NCBI GenBank assembly: GCA_021772535.1
Contig: JAJFLV010000021.1
Coordinates: forward strand, 1-60,172
Length of the DNA: 60,172 nucleotides
Direction of reading: 5' to 3'
From: Opitutales bacterium
GTDB lineage: Bacteria; Verrucomicrobiota; Verrucomicrobiia; Opitutales; UBA2987
A model generated the notes under the pieces. That model was not told the origin of the DNA. It was given only the letters and a program-made list of their open reading frames with translations, and made no database searches. The position numbers and the translations under genes are program-made. Below, piece by piece: positions 47,546 to 57,999 of this stretch; position 1 is the first letter of the stretch, and each line of letters opens with the position of its first letter.

Positions 47546-49348
47546 CTAGAAAAATCGAATTTCAAGCAAGGAAAAATCGTCATCAAAGTTGTTACGGCCT
47601 TGCACCTTTTGAGCAAATGGAACCATGGAGGCAACTTTGTTTCCGGCTTGAGAGTCAAGTATTGAGTTTGGGTTCGCCAATTCGTCCGCAAACTCGTCGA
47701 TAGTCATGAGACCCCTGCCATCGGCGTATTCCAATTCATAAACACCGTCGCTGAATAGATAAAGCCGGCTACCGGGCGCCACCCGGGTTACGGCCGATTC
47801 AAAAGTCATGCCGGAGATACCGCCCACTACCATGCCAGCGGTTTTCAGCATCTTGATAGGCCTTTCCTCCACAGATGGATTGCCCACAAGAATGGCAGGA
47901 GGATGTCCCCCGCTGGAATAGGCCATTTCCCTGCGCTCCCTGTCATAAACGCCATACCAAATAGTGAAATACATCTGGTTGTGCTTTTCCATCTCAAAGG
48001 CCTCGTTGAGGCCCTCGAGTACCGCCTTGGGGTCCGTGAAATTAATGCCGTCGAGAGACTGGGATCGCAAAACATTGATCGCCGAGACAGAGAGCAGCGC
48101 TGCGCCTACACCGTGCCCGCAGACGTCGATCAAGTAGGCCGCAAATCGATTTTCATCGATCCAGTGATAGCCAAAAGAATCTCCTCCAAGTTGAGTGGAG
48201 GGAATGAACACCCAATCCGTGGCCAAAACCGGAGTGTTGAGTTTCTCGGGTAAAAGTGAGATAACATATTTATTGGCCTCCTCGAGTTCCGTCTTGAGGG
48301 TATTCTGGCTGGCCAGGAGAGCTTGGTAGGCCTCGTCTCGCTCTTTCAGCATCACACGTTCGCGATCCCGCAGATTTTTTCTTTCAAGACATGCGCTGAT
48401 CCGGGCGTTCAGGAGGACTGGATTGAACGGTTTCATCAAATAATCCGCAGCCCCCATTTCAATACAACGCACCACACCATCGAGTTCGTCCAGGGCAGAA
48501 ATCATGAGTACCGGAATATGTCGCAGTTCTCTATCTGCTTTCATTTGTCTGAGGACCTCGAATCCATTCACTTCCGGCATAATCACGTCGAGTAATATGA
48601 GATCGAACCGCTCCATACGGACTTTCTCGAGGGCCTGAAGTCCATTAACTGCCGAGGTTACTTTATAACCCTTTTTTTCGAGCCGGCGGGAAAGCAAATT
48701 GCGATTCAAGGCATTATCATCGACAACGAGAATGGAATTTTTTTTACCGTTATCGCTATTGGTAAAAGGCGGACTGGAGGCGGGAATCTCAATAGGATTT
48801 ATCTTCGGATCGGGCTTAATATTGGAATTTTTCGTTTCTTCGGGACTACCGGCTTCCGTTATTGGGATTACACGATCAATGGAGGAAAGAAATTTTTTGG
48901 CTTTTTCATGGATAAGTTGCAGATCCTCGACGAGTTGTTTTCCCTCTTCCTCAGCATCTTCAAGTAGCATTTCACTATAACCCATAATGCCATTGATAGG
49001 GTTTCGCAGTTCGTGCCGAAGATGGGAGCCATAGTCGTTCCAGCCATCGCGTTCGATCAATATTCCGGCCTGGTCGGGATCAAGCAGGTTAAGAATATTT
49101 TGGAAAAGCAGATTGCTCGCGTTTTTAATGAGAATGATATCGGGAGTAAACTCTTTCAAATCGAGATCTTCCACTTTTTTCAGCAGTCGTTCGATAATCT
49201 CACCTATGACCCCTGCCGGCCCACGCAAATCGCTCTGCATTTGTTTTATCAATCCGGATTGAACCGAATCGAACTTAAACTCCGAATTCAGGGGCGTTGA
49301 GGCGGCGACCTGCTTGCCCGTTCTTTTTTCAGGGGTCAATTCGCTCAT
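47546..49348 (-). CDS. DHp(HisKA)-REC-PP2C (SpoIIE/RsbU-like) phosphatase
   Basis: HELRNP, LVVDD...LLDVIMP, LGGD, DVCGHG, FSDGVYE and DDFS motifs; no HATPase domain. Confidence 0.9.
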   Translation of the reverse strand: MSELTPEKRTGKQVAASTPLNSEFKFDSVQSGLIKQMQSDLRGPAGVIGEIIERLLKKVEDLDLKEFTPDIILIKNASNLLFQNILNLLDPDQAGILIERDGWNDYGSHLRHELRNPINGIMGYSEMLLEDAEEEGKQLVEDLQLIHEKAKKFLSSIDRVIPITEAGSPEETKNSNIKPDPKINPIEIPASSPPFTNSDNGKKNSILVVDDNALNRNLLSRRLEKKGYKVTSAVNGLQALEKVRMERFDLILLDVIMPEVNGFEVLRQMKADRELRHIPVLMISALDELDGVVRCIEMGAADYLMKPFNPVLLNARISACLERKNLRDRERVMLKERDEAYQALLASQNTLKTELEEANKYVISLLPEKLNTPVLATDWVFIPSTQLGGDSFGYHWIDENRFAAYLIDVCGHGVGAALLSVSAINVLRSQSLDGINFTDPKAVLEGLNEAFEMEKHNQMYFTIWYGVYDRERREMAYSSGGHPPAILVGNPSVEERPIKMLKTAGMVVGGISGMTFESAVTRVAPGSRLYLFSDGVYELEYADGRGLMTIDEFADELANPNSILDSQAGNKVASMVPFAQKVQGRNNFDDDFSLLEIRFF

Positions 49349-49728
49349 GAATCCTGCTCTGAATTCAGGAGGGCGTTAATTTTCCCCAATAGCCGAGCCA
49401 GGTCAACGGGCTTGGTGTCAAAATCGTCACAACCGATTTCCCTCGCTTTTTTACGGTCGCTGGACATGGCATGCGCAGTCAACGCGATGATCGGAATGCC
49501 GCAAGTCCTTGGGTCTGCTTTGATTTCCTGTGTTGCAGTCCACCCATCCTTGACTGGCAAACTGATATCCATCAGGATTAAATCCGGTCTTTCAGCCACT
49601 GCCGCATCGACTCCCTGCTGGCCATCGATAGCCATAATTACTTTGAAACCTTTCCTTTGGAGACGACGGGAAAGCATATCGCGATTCAATTCGTTATCTT
49701 CAACAAGGAGGATTTTTGGCTCAGTCAT
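49345..49728 (-). CDS. Single-domain response regulator (DivK-like)
   Basis: LLVEDN, LILMD, ALTAHAM and TKP motifs. Confidence 0.92.
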   Translation of the reverse strand: MTEPKILLVEDNELNRDMLSRRLQRKGFKVIMAIDGQQGVDAAVAERPDLILMDISLPVKDGWTATQEIKADPRTCGIPIIALTAHAMSSDRKKAREIGCDDFDTKPVDLARLLGKINALLNSEQDS

Positions 49729-49804
49729 GGTTATTCAGTAAATTCTTTTAGAACGATCAATTAACGGTTAGTCGGGTGACGAGGATGCATTGACTTTAAC
49801 TGGA

Positions 49805-52228
49805 TTATTTTTTGGCCTCCACTAAGTTTTGCACAATGGTAAGCAATTCATTCTTGTTAAAGGAACCCTTCTGCAAGATTTTGTTCACATTGCTGTTCAG
49901 TCGCGATAAGTCTTTCTCCGTTAATTCCTTAGCGGTTACTACTATGATGGGAATTTGAATATTCCGCTCATCCTTTCGCATTATTTCAATAAAAGAGAAG
50001 CCATCCATTTCGGGCATCATGATATCAAGAAGAATAAGGTCCGGTAAATATTCCTCAAGCCGGTCAAGACCTATTCGCCCGTTTTCAGCTTCCGTTACCA
50101 GCCAGCCCTCTTTCTCCAGCATCCTCCCCATTACCTCCCGGGCCGCCTCATCGTCCTCCACCATTAAGACCTGCCCTTTCTTTTCCACTGGTTTATACTT
50201 GTAAAGTATTTCCACCAGGCGTTCCCGTTCAACCGGCTTGGTCAGGTAATCGGCCGCACCCAGCATAAAACCCATTTCCTGCTCTTCCGTCATGGTAAGC
50301 ATGATAACGGGAATGTCGGATAATTCTGGATCCGATTTTAATGCTGTTAAAACGGACCATCCGTCGATTCCCGGCATGACAACATCAAGGGTGATCACGT
50401 CCGGAAGCAACTCTTTGGCCAGTTGCAATCCTATATCGCCGGTCGGCGATCCGATTACCTTGAAACCTGCCCGGCTTAATATACGGTCCAGAAGGTTTCG
50501 GGAAGAGCTATCGTCGTCTATGCATAAAACCGTGCCGACATAAGTCTTTTGGTCATCAAATTTTTCTATGCTGTCGAAGACCGCTTTTTGCAGTTCCTCT
50601 CTTTTATGCTTGGCCTCCGCAATGGTTTCCCCGAACTTGGTTACCTCGACATGGACGGGTATTCTAACCGTGAAAGTAGTTCCCTCATCCAATGTGCTCT
50701 CAACCTCAATATGACCTTTCATCAACTCGCAAAACCGCTGGGTAATGGCTAGTCCAAGCCCCGTTCCGCCATATTTACGCGTGGTTTGCGAATCGGCCTG
50801 GATAAACGGCTGAAAAATCTTTTCCACCTGCTCAGGACTTAAACCGATTCCGGTATCTTCGACACTGAAATTAATCCACTCCCCTTCATCCGGTCTAAAC
50901 CGGCGGCAGGCTCTCAGGATGATCGTACCTTCGTGGGTAAATTTGCTCGCATTGGAAAGCAGGTTGAAAAGGATTTGCCTCAACTTTGTCATGTCGCCAT
51001 GGCAAGAGCCCAGGTCCTCAGAGAAATCCGTTTCCAGTTTATTGGAATTTTTTTCCACCAACGGATGCACGGTAGTCACTACATCCTTGAGCATCGGTTC
51101 GATTGCAAAGTCCTCCAGGTAAAGATCCAGCTTCCCGGCCTCAATTTTTGATATATCGAGAACATCGTTGATAAGGCCGAGCAATTGTTTGCCCGAAGAA
51201 TGAATTTTGCTGAGGTCGGGAATCAATTGGTCCAGCCCTTGGTCTTCAGCCTCCTCAATGAGCATTTCGCTGTAGCCGATAGTGGCATTGAGAGGCGTAC
51301 GCAACTCGTGGCTCATATTGGCCAGAAATGCACTCTTGGCCTGGCTGGCCTCCTCGGCTTGTTCCTTGGCCGCAATAAGTTCCTGATTCTGGGCGTTGAG
51401 CCGTTCCTGGCCCTGTTTGATTTCTTCCGCCATATGGTTAAAACTGGTTCCCAGATCGCCAATTTCATCACTCCTTCGTAAATCGGTACGGTGATTTATA
51501 TCGCCGGAGCCCAACCGCTTGTGAGCCACTACCAGTGTCTTGATCGGGGAAACCAGTGACCGGGCGAAAAAAGCCGCCAAAATGCCTGCCAGCAAAGCGC
51601 TGATAACCGTACCCGCAATTATCGAAGTTAATTTTTCACGAAGCGTGGTATAAAAAAAACCCACGGAGCGGTCCGCCTGTAAAATTCCTACAATAACTCC
51701 CGTCGAATCATAAATGGGTGCGCTGGCGGATATCCATAGTCCTTCCTCATCTTCATAAAGCCCGGTCGAGGAAGAATTTCCTCCAAGAGAGCTCAATTGG
51801 TGAGGTTGGGCTGGATACCGGTTGCCCACAAAAAATTCACCCATTTCATTTCGATCCGTCATAACCACGAATTCCAGGTCGTTGGTCTTCTCAAAATCCC
51901 AGGCGGAACGTAATGTGTAAATAGGGCTGCCTTTACCCCCAAGATCGTTGTGGTTTTTTATCTTTACGAGCTTGTCGCGTATGATTTCAAACTCCTCCGG
52001 GGCGGCAAGTTCCCGATTTTCATCAAGGTAAATGAATTGATGAATATCCCCGTCAATGAGCGGAGCGGCCGAGTTGACAATGGCCAGGAGTTCATTGGCC
52101 AACATTTTTTCCAGCTCTTTCTTGCTTTGATTCATGACAAAGTAGGCGGACAGACCCACCGATATCACGATCAAAAAGATCGAGAAGAACAACAGACGAA
52201 GGTAAAAGCTGATTCGGGGCATAAACAA
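49805..52228 (-). CDS. Hybrid sensor histidine kinase (periplasmic sensor, HAMP, HisKA, HATPase, two REC)
   Basis: Two TM helices; [30 protein letters not shown] and GGTGLGL motifs; two receiver domains. Confidence 0.93.
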   Translation of the reverse strand: MFMPRISFYLRLLFFSIFLIVISVGLSAYFVMNQSKKELEKMLANELLAIVNSAAPLIDGDIHQFIYLDENRELAAPEEFEIIRDKLVKIKNHNDLGGKGSPIYTLRSAWDFEKTNDLEFVVMTDRNEMGEFFVGNRYPAQPHQLSSLGGNSSSTGLYEDEEGLWISASAPIYDSTGVIVGILQADRSVGFFYTTLREKLTSIIAGTVISALLAGILAAFFARSLVSPIKTLVVAHKRLGSGDINHRTDLRRSDEIGDLGTSFNHMAEEIKQGQERLNAQNQELIAAKEQAEEASQAKSAFLANMSHELRTPLNATIGYSEMLIEEAEDQGLDQLIPDLSKIHSSGKQLLGLINDVLDISKIEAGKLDLYLEDFAIEPMLKDVVTTVHPLVEKNSNKLETDFSEDLGSCHGDMTKLRQILFNLLSNASKFTHEGTIILRACRRFRPDEGEWINFSVEDTGIGLSPEQVEKIFQPFIQADSQTTRKYGGTGLGLAITQRFCELMKGHIEVESTLDEGTTFTVRIPVHVEVTKFGETIAEAKHKREELQKAVFDSIEKFDDQKTYVGTVLCIDDDSSSRNLLDRILSRAGFKVIGSPTGDIGLQLAKELLPDVITLDVVMPGIDGWSVLTALKSDPELSDIPVIMLTMTEEQEMGFMLGAADYLTKPVERERLVEILYKYKPVEKKGQVLMVEDDEAAREVMGRMLEKEGWLVTEAENGRIGLDRLEEYLPDLILLDIMMPEMDGFSFIEIMRKDERNIQIPIIVVTAKELTEKDLSRLNSNVNKILQKGSFNKNELLTIVQNLVEAKK

Positions 52229-52240
52229 AAAATAGGGGTA

Positions 52241-53116
52241 TTAATAGGAGAAACTTGCGGCTAAACTGACAATCGTCTTATCGCCGGTATTGAGACCGTC
52301 GATTGTTCGGGCCAAAGTGAATGAATAGTACCTACCTGATTTACCAGCCCAACCAAAAGTAAAATCGAGGTTGTGTGCGATTTCCTTTAACTCGGGAAAC
52401 CGTGATGCTGTGAATCCCGGTCCACCGATATCCAAACCGGATACCGACCGTCTGAGCCGGTAACTCAGACTGAGGTCCAAACGCTGGCCAAACCTCCGGA
52501 AAATACCGGAGGTTACGAAATATTCTTCGGGAACATTTTTGTTGCGCCACAAATAACCTACCTCTCCGATGGCTCCGAAGCCTTTCGGAAATGTCTTTCC
52601 AAACAAAAGAGATCCCGAGAAACCGGAGGCCCCGTCCCCCACGGCGGAGGGAAAACCGACCTCGTAGTTGCCCTCGATCACACCACCCAGACGAAGCGCG
52701 ATAGAGGGCATCCATTCCCGACCCTGGCTGAACTCATCGACCAATTTCCAGCGCAGCCCAATCAATGTATCCATCAGGCCGTCCTCCGTACGCCCTTTAT
52801 CTGTTGTTCGCACATAGCCCAAGCGCAGATCAAGAGCGATGTTTGACCTCAGTCCATAGTCTAAAAAGATGCCTGCAGTATGCTGATCGATCCGCTCCGG
52901 GTAATCCATTTTTTGACCCGCCCCGTAAAATTCGTCAAATGTTTCAAAGGTATAGGACAGAGCCACTTCCCATCGAGAGGGTTCCGGCAGCCAGGCCGAT
53001 TGCCCTCTAACCATAACGTTGCCCATCGGCAGGAGTAAAATAATCAATCGCAACAGGTTAAATCTTCCACCCTTTGCGCAGAAAAAATTCGGGTTAATTA
53101 CTTTTATCATCTGCAA
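52241..53116 (-). CDS. Putative outer-membrane beta-barrel protein
   Basis: Signal-like region before AWLP; alternating hydrophobic strands; GLMDTLIGLRW; terminal FSY. Confidence 0.65.
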   Translation of the reverse strand: MQMIKVINPNFFCAKGGRFNLLRLIILLLPMGNVMVRGQSAWLPEPSRWEVALSYTFETFDEFYGAGQKMDYPERIDQHTAGIFLDYGLRSNIALDLRLGYVRTTDKGRTEDGLMDTLIGLRWKLVDEFSQGREWMPSIALRLGGVIEGNYEVGFPSAVGDGASGFSGSLLFGKTFPKGFGAIGEVGYLWRNKNVPEEYFVTSGIFRRFGQRLDLSLSYRLRRSVSGLDIGGPGFTASRFPELKEIAHNLDFTFGWAGKSGRYYSFTLARTIDGLNTGDKTIVSLAASFSY

Positions 53117-53471
53117 TTTTAATTTTGTACCGAATTTCCAGAAAGTAGATCAAAGCGGTCATTTGCTCTTCATCCAATTTTCCCGCCAGGGAGGACAGGT
53201 CGATTTTACTTTGGACTGTTCTGGGCAGCCGTTTCTGATATTGGAGGAGTAGTTGATTTTGCTCGTCCCTGAGCGATGGTAAATCCTTTGTCGCCACTTT
53301 GCCCGCATAGACGGATTTCCCAAGATGATAAAGTTCCGGTTTAATTTGCCGGGGAGGTCGCGGACCGCCGCCGATATAGCTGCCCGATGCTGCCAAATCA
53401 ACAACTGACAGGAAAAATACGGATCCGTATGCCAACAGCATCCGTACCATCAATCTTGATAAACACTCCAT
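53094..53471 (-). CDS. Small exported hypothetical protein
   Basis: Signal peptide ending DLAA|SGSY; overlaps the start of the barrel ORF; start uncertain (53471 or 53450). Confidence 0.65.
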   Translation of the reverse strand: MECLSRLMVRMLLAYGSVFFLSVVDLAASGSYIGGGPRPPRQIKPELYHLGKSVYAGKVATKDLPSLRDEQNQLLLQYQKRLPRTVQSKIDLSSLAGKLDEEQMTALIYFLEIRYKIKIADDKSN

Positions 53472-53726
53472 AACCGCTAATTTAAAAACCGGAGCCCATC
53501 CCCCGCTTTTGGGCATGCCTGTTGTTCCGATTGACAATAAACATGCCCAAATCGCCTCGTTTTGGCAATAATTTATTCAAACGGTTTTGGGGACAAATTT
53601 TTACGGTTCTTCGCAATTCTTGTGGCATGCCCTGCTGGCCAGTCCTGAAACCCGACATTTTTCTCCCGCGCTATCCTTCCAAAAGTATGGCAAGGCAATT
53701 TTTCAGTTTGCCCCAAAATTTAACTT

Positions 53727-55838
53727 GTGCCCAAAAATGTCCGTCTGCATAGTCCGAACTCCGTGTTTTCGGGATTAAATTTTACCAATCTAGCCTTACT
53801 ATTCACGGTCGCTCAAGCCCCGGATCAACCTCCTCAACTAAGTTCCGACCAGGCCATCGTCTTCGACAGTGCGGCCCAGAGTACCATAGCTCGGGGCAAT
53901 GCCACCCTGACACACCAAGGGTTGACTGTGATAGCGGATGAAATTCGTTACTTCGCCCCCCAAAACAAAGCCAACGCAGAGGGAAATACCCGCCTGCATT
54001 ACGGAAATTTCCGGCTCGTCGGCCAGGGTCTGGTTTATGAGGTGGACAGCAAACGGACAACCTCGGAATCCTTCCGCTTGGGCGCCCCGCCCCTCTTTGC
54101 CGAAGGAAACGGTTTCAGTGGGACAAGGGACAAGATCACGGTCGAAAAGGTGATCCTGCATTTTGGGGAACCTTCCCCGGTCGGTCTCAACATCAAAGCG
54201 GACAAAGCCAACGTCTATCCGGAAGATCGGGTCGAGGCTGAAAATGTCACCTTCCGCATTGGGAAATTTCGTATTTTCAAACTGCCGCACTACCGCCAGA
54301 GCGTGGATACCCTGGCTATCTTGCTCTCCGCCAAACTGGGATACCGGGACAACCTGGGAGCCTATTTCCGCTCCAACAGCCTCTTCCCTGTGAGCGAAAA
54401 TTTGAGGGCCGGGGCCGTCCTTGATACCTACACAAAGCGGGGTCTCTTGGTCGGTCCAGCTCTTGAATGGCGATTGGAGAGACCGGACAACCGGGCCGTT
54501 TTTCAATTGGAGAGCGGTTATATAAACGATAGCGGCGATCGTGGCCGCGACCTCCAGGGCCAACCAGTAGATAAGGATCGTTATTTTCTAGCCCTTCATC
54601 ATCAGCAAGAGGTTGGTGGGCAATTGTCGATAAACGCCCTCCTCAACGCCTGGAGCGATTCCGAGATATTACGGGATTTTCGGCCTGACCAATTTCGTCA
54701 CAACCAGCAGCCCGATAATTTTGTGGAAACCGTCTACCGGGGAGAAAACTTTTTCCTGACGGGATTCGTCCGTTTCGCCCCCAACGACTTTCAAAACATA
54801 CAGGAAAGGCTACCGGAAATCCGTTTCGATTGGATGCCCTCGCAAATCTTTCAATCCGATTTTTATCAAAGTTTTAGCGCCTCCTATGTTCGGCTGGAGG
54901 AAGAAACGATAAATCTGATGCCAGAGCTTGAAAGCGACCGTCTTGATTTCTTTTACACCCTTTACAAGCCTATTGAGATCCGCAAATGGCTGCACTTGTT
55001 ACCCGTGGCCAGCACCCGGCTGACCCACTACGCCGATACCCTGGGCAGCGGTGATTCATTTACCAGGGTTATGGGCGAATTTGGCCTCGACGTTGAAATG
55101 AAAGCCCACGCAACCTGGGAATATCAGAACGAGCGCTGGGGAATTGATGGGCTGCGTCACCTCGTCAAACCGGTGGCGCGCTGGCGCTACCTTCCTGGGG
55201 GCAACAATGGTAACACGGAAATTATTCCCATCGACCGCGAAGTGTTCAGCACCAGCCTGCCCCCGGTCAGCCTGGCCAACATCCGCAATATTGACGACCT
55301 GACGGATCTCCATGTTCTTCGCCTGGGAGTCGAAAACCTGCTTCAGACCAGGGATGGCGATTACGGTTCCCGAAACCTGGTGGAGCTGAACTTTTATCAG
55401 GATATTCTTTTTTCGGCCAATCCAGGGGAGGACGAATGGTCGAATTTTTTTACTCAATTGAATATCCAACCAATCGATTGGTTCAGTTTCGGTCTCTACA
55501 ACAAGATGAATACCGAGCAACTCACTTCGGAGGAGACCCGCACCCGATTTAGGCTCAGTGATGGCGATATTTGGGTATTATCCCTTGAGACCGATAGTCT
55601 GCAGCGGCAAATTAACCAGTACGATATTGATTTCTTCTACAAGTTCAACGAGCGTTGGGCTTTTCGCAGCCGTTGGAGAATTGATACCCGGCGGGATGAC
55701 TTGACGGAGCAAATATATGCCATCCGCCACCGAATCGCCAATACCTGGGATATCGAATACCAGCTTGTTTTCCATGAAGGAAGTTCCCGCGAAGACGGTT
55801 TTAACTTTAATATCCGTGTCAGCTTGCTAAGTTTCTAG
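53727..55838 (+). CDS. lptD: LPS-assembly protein LptD-like
   Basis: N-terminal OstA-like beta-jellyroll (ARGNATL...ADEIRY), ERLPE motif, long barrel ending in F. Confidence 0.7.
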   Translation: MPKNVRLHSPNSVFSGLNFTNLALLFTVAQAPDQPPQLSSDQAIVFDSAAQSTIARGNATLTHQGLTVIADEIRYFAPQNKANAEGNTRLHYGNFRLVGQGLVYEVDSKRTTSESFRLGAPPLFAEGNGFSGTRDKITVEKVILHFGEPSPVGLNIKADKANVYPEDRVEAENVTFRIGKFRIFKLPHYRQSVDTLAILLSAKLGYRDNLGAYFRSNSLFPVSENLRAGAVLDTYTKRGLLVGPALEWRLERPDNRAVFQLESGYINDSGDRGRDLQGQPVDKDRYFLALHHQQEVGGQLSINALLNAWSDSEILRDFRPDQFRHNQQPDNFVETVYRGENFFLTGFVRFAPNDFQNIQERLPEIRFDWMPSQIFQSDFYQSFSASYVRLEEETINLMPELESDRLDFFYTLYKPIEIRKWLHLLPVASTRLTHYADTLGSGDSFTRVMGEFGLDVEMKAHATWEYQNERWGIDGLRHLVKPVARWRYLPGGNNGNTEIIPIDREVFSTSLPPVSLANIRNIDDLTDLHVLRLGVENLLQTRDGDYGSRNLVELNFYQDILFSANPGEDEWSNFFTQLNIQPIDWFSFGLYNKMNTEQLTSEETRTRFRLSDGDIWVLSLETDSLQRQINQYDIDFFYKFNERWAFRSRWRIDTRRDDLTEQIYAIRHRIANTWDIEYQLVFHEGSSREDGFNFNIRVSLLSF

Positions 55839-55893
55839 GATCTGCCTGCTAATAACCGAAACAACAGAGTTAGAGTAGAAAATAAGACTAACC

Positions 55894-56721
55894 ATGCCGC
55901 CCGCCGCCGAAGCCTTTATTCAGCCACTGGAACATCCGGTGAAACTGCCTCTATTCGAGGGCCCTCTGGATTTGCTTCTATACCTCATCCGTAAAAACGA
56001 GATCGAGATTTATGATATTCCGATCCAGACCGTTACACGGCAGTATATTAAAATCCTCAATCAAATGGAGAAGCTCAGCCTGGAGGTAGCGGGAGAATTT
56101 TTTGTCATGGCGGCAACTCTGATGCATATTAAAAGTCGCATGTTGCTGCCCCAAAACGAGCAGGTGACCGAAGGTGCGCTGGAGGAGGAAGAAGAAGCCG
56201 ATCCCCGCTGGGAACTGGTCCAACAACTGTTGGAATACAAGAAATTCAAGGAAGCCGCCTTTAAAATTGGTGACCTTATGGCTGAGGCGCAAAAATTTCT
56301 GCCCCGCCAAGGTAAACCCTCCAAAGAAGAAAAACTACCCCGCGACCTCCTGCCGACGGACAAAATCGAGGTTTGGAACGTTTTTAACCAGGTGCTCCGG
56401 CGACTGTCCGATAAAATCATCATTGGTGAAATTCATGGTGAGGTGGTCACGGTGTCCGACCGAATGGAAGACCTCCTGGCTATCCTGCAAAAACGTCGAG
56501 AATTTCGCTTTACCAGCTTGTTCACTGAAGGGGAGCACAGTATCAATTTCCTGGTCTCCACCCTGTTGGCCGTCCTTGAGTTGGTGCGATTGAGAAAAAT
56601 GAACATTGAGCAGCAAGGGGACTTCGAGGATCTCCTTTGCACCGCTTGCGAGGAACCGGAGACCATGGTCGTTGTCGATCAGGTACCGGAGGAATCGACC
56701 CAAAACAGTGGATCCGAATAA
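55894..56721 (+). CDS. scpA: Segregation and condensation protein A
   Basis: FEGPLDLLLYLI, EFFVMAATL.IKSRMLLP and DPR.ELV..LLEYKKFK motifs. Confidence 0.93.
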   Translation: MPPAAEAFIQPLEHPVKLPLFEGPLDLLLYLIRKNEIEIYDIPIQTVTRQYIKILNQMEKLSLEVAGEFFVMAATLMHIKSRMLLPQNEQVTEGALEEEEEADPRWELVQQLLEYKKFKEAAFKIGDLMAEAQKFLPRQGKPSKEEKLPRDLLPTDKIEVWNVFNQVLRRLSDKIIIGEIHGEVVTVSDRMEDLLAILQKRREFRFTSLFTEGEHSINFLVSTLLAVLELVRLRKMNIEQQGDFEDLLCTACEEPETMVVVDQVPEESTQNSGSE

Positions 56722-56764
56722 TTCCGTCTTGATATTTTTTCGAAAACCAACACTTCTGCAATTC

Positions 56765-57013
56765 GTGAAAAATAATTCGCCAAAACCGGATAGCCATCTT
56801 TTGGGGATCGGCCTTGACCATAAGGACGGGCATAAACGCATTACCACTGCGGAAAAATTTTCCATTGTAGGAGGCTCGGAAGAAACTCACGAACGCATGA
56901 CGGAGACCGTCGTGAAGACTTTCGAAAACCTCAAGGATCGCGGTAAGGAGCTGAAAGATGTCGAACCTAAAGAACTGGCAGAGATATTGGCCAAAAATGT
57001 GCCGAAATCCTGA
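56765..57013 (+). CDS. Small conserved-looking hypothetical protein
   Basis: LLGIGLDHKDGHKRIT...GGSEETHERM, which I recall from PVC-group bacteria; GTG start inferred. Confidence 0.7.
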   Translation: MKNNSPKPDSHLLGIGLDHKDGHKRITTAEKFSIVGGSEETHERMTETVVKTFENLKDRGKELKDVEPKELAEILAKNVPKS

Positions 57014-57076
57014 GAAAAAGACTTCATTTATCCACTCCTTGACTTGCCCAACAATCCTGCAAATGTCCTCAACATC

Positions 57077-57403
57077 ATGTCTGAAAAAATGCTCGATCTA
57101 AATACGGAAACTTTCGATAACGCCATAACGAGTTCGCAGACTCCGGTTTTGGTGGACTTCTGGGCACAATGGTGCGGACCATGCAAGCAAATGGCGCCCA
57201 TCCTGGAAGAACTGGCCAAGGAAATGACCGGGCAGCTTCAGGTAGCCAAGGTCGATATCGACCAGAATTTCGATCTGGCCAAACAATTCGGTATCCAATC
57301 GATTCCCACCTTGGTATTATTCAAGGAAGGGAAAGCGGTCGAACAAATCGTCGGTTTACGCGGCAAAGAGGACTTGCAGGGGAAAATCTCCCCTCACCTG
57401 TAA
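57077..57403 (+). CDS. trxA: Thioredoxin
   Basis: LVDFWAQWCGPCK and SIPTL motifs. Confidence 0.95.
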   Translation: MSEKMLDLNTETFDNAITSSQTPVLVDFWAQWCGPCKQMAPILEELAKEMTGQLQVAKVDIDQNFDLAKQFGIQSIPTLVLFKEGKAVEQIVGLRGKEDLQGKISPHL

Positions 57404-57475
57404 TATTCTGGTTCCCTCTGAAGAGGCTCGGCTTATTCATCAGTTACAGGCATTTGGCCGGATAAATTTATTTCA

Positions 57476-57697
57476 CTACAATCGGTTGTAACCCCGTTTC
57501 CCTCCCTCGCGTTCCCATTTCAATGCGGCCTCACGAGTAGTGCGTCGGCCAACCTGCCGAATTTTGACACCAGGTAAAATAATTTGATGCTCGGCCTCCC
57601 GGCTCAATAGATCATTTGTAATGCCCCGATGAATAGATCTTCGCCCCTTCATGAGGTGATATTTGTAAGTGTCCCGATTTTCCATGTTTAAATCCAT
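57476..57697 (-). CDS. Small basic protein with a minimal GIY-YIG-like pattern
   Basis: TYKY...HRGITNDL.SREAEH...A.KWE pattern. Confidence 0.55.
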   Translation of the reverse strand: MDLNMENRDTYKYHLMKGRRSIHRGITNDLLSREAEHQIILPGVKIRQVGRRTTREAALKWEREGGKRGYNRL

Positions 57698-57999
57698 TCT
57701 TATATTTTGTTTTATCTCTAATTTAAATATATTACACGCTTCTTACATTGTCAATTATGTTAAATTAATTTTATTGTATTTGTATGCTATTGAATATCAA
57801 TATATTACCTAATAAATTCATTATCTTTATAAAATTTTACGTAAAGAATATAGTCAAATTAATTTCGGATACACTTCTCTTACAGCAAGAATTAAAAATA
57901 TATTTGTTAATATTCACCTCTTGTTGGGGCAAGCTTCCCGTATTTTGAAAGTCGAAAAAAATTCCTGAATTAGTTTTTGAATCGATCTGCCCAGGCCGT

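Noticed and set aside
53838-54563. Long antisense ORFs here and at 7603..8331, 24599..25357, 3494..4120 and 37348..37890
   Set aside because: All overlap confident genes on the opposite strand; treated as shadow ORFs.
55894-56721. scpA without adjacent scpB or smc
   Set aside because: These genes are often unlinked, so absence from one window is uninformative.
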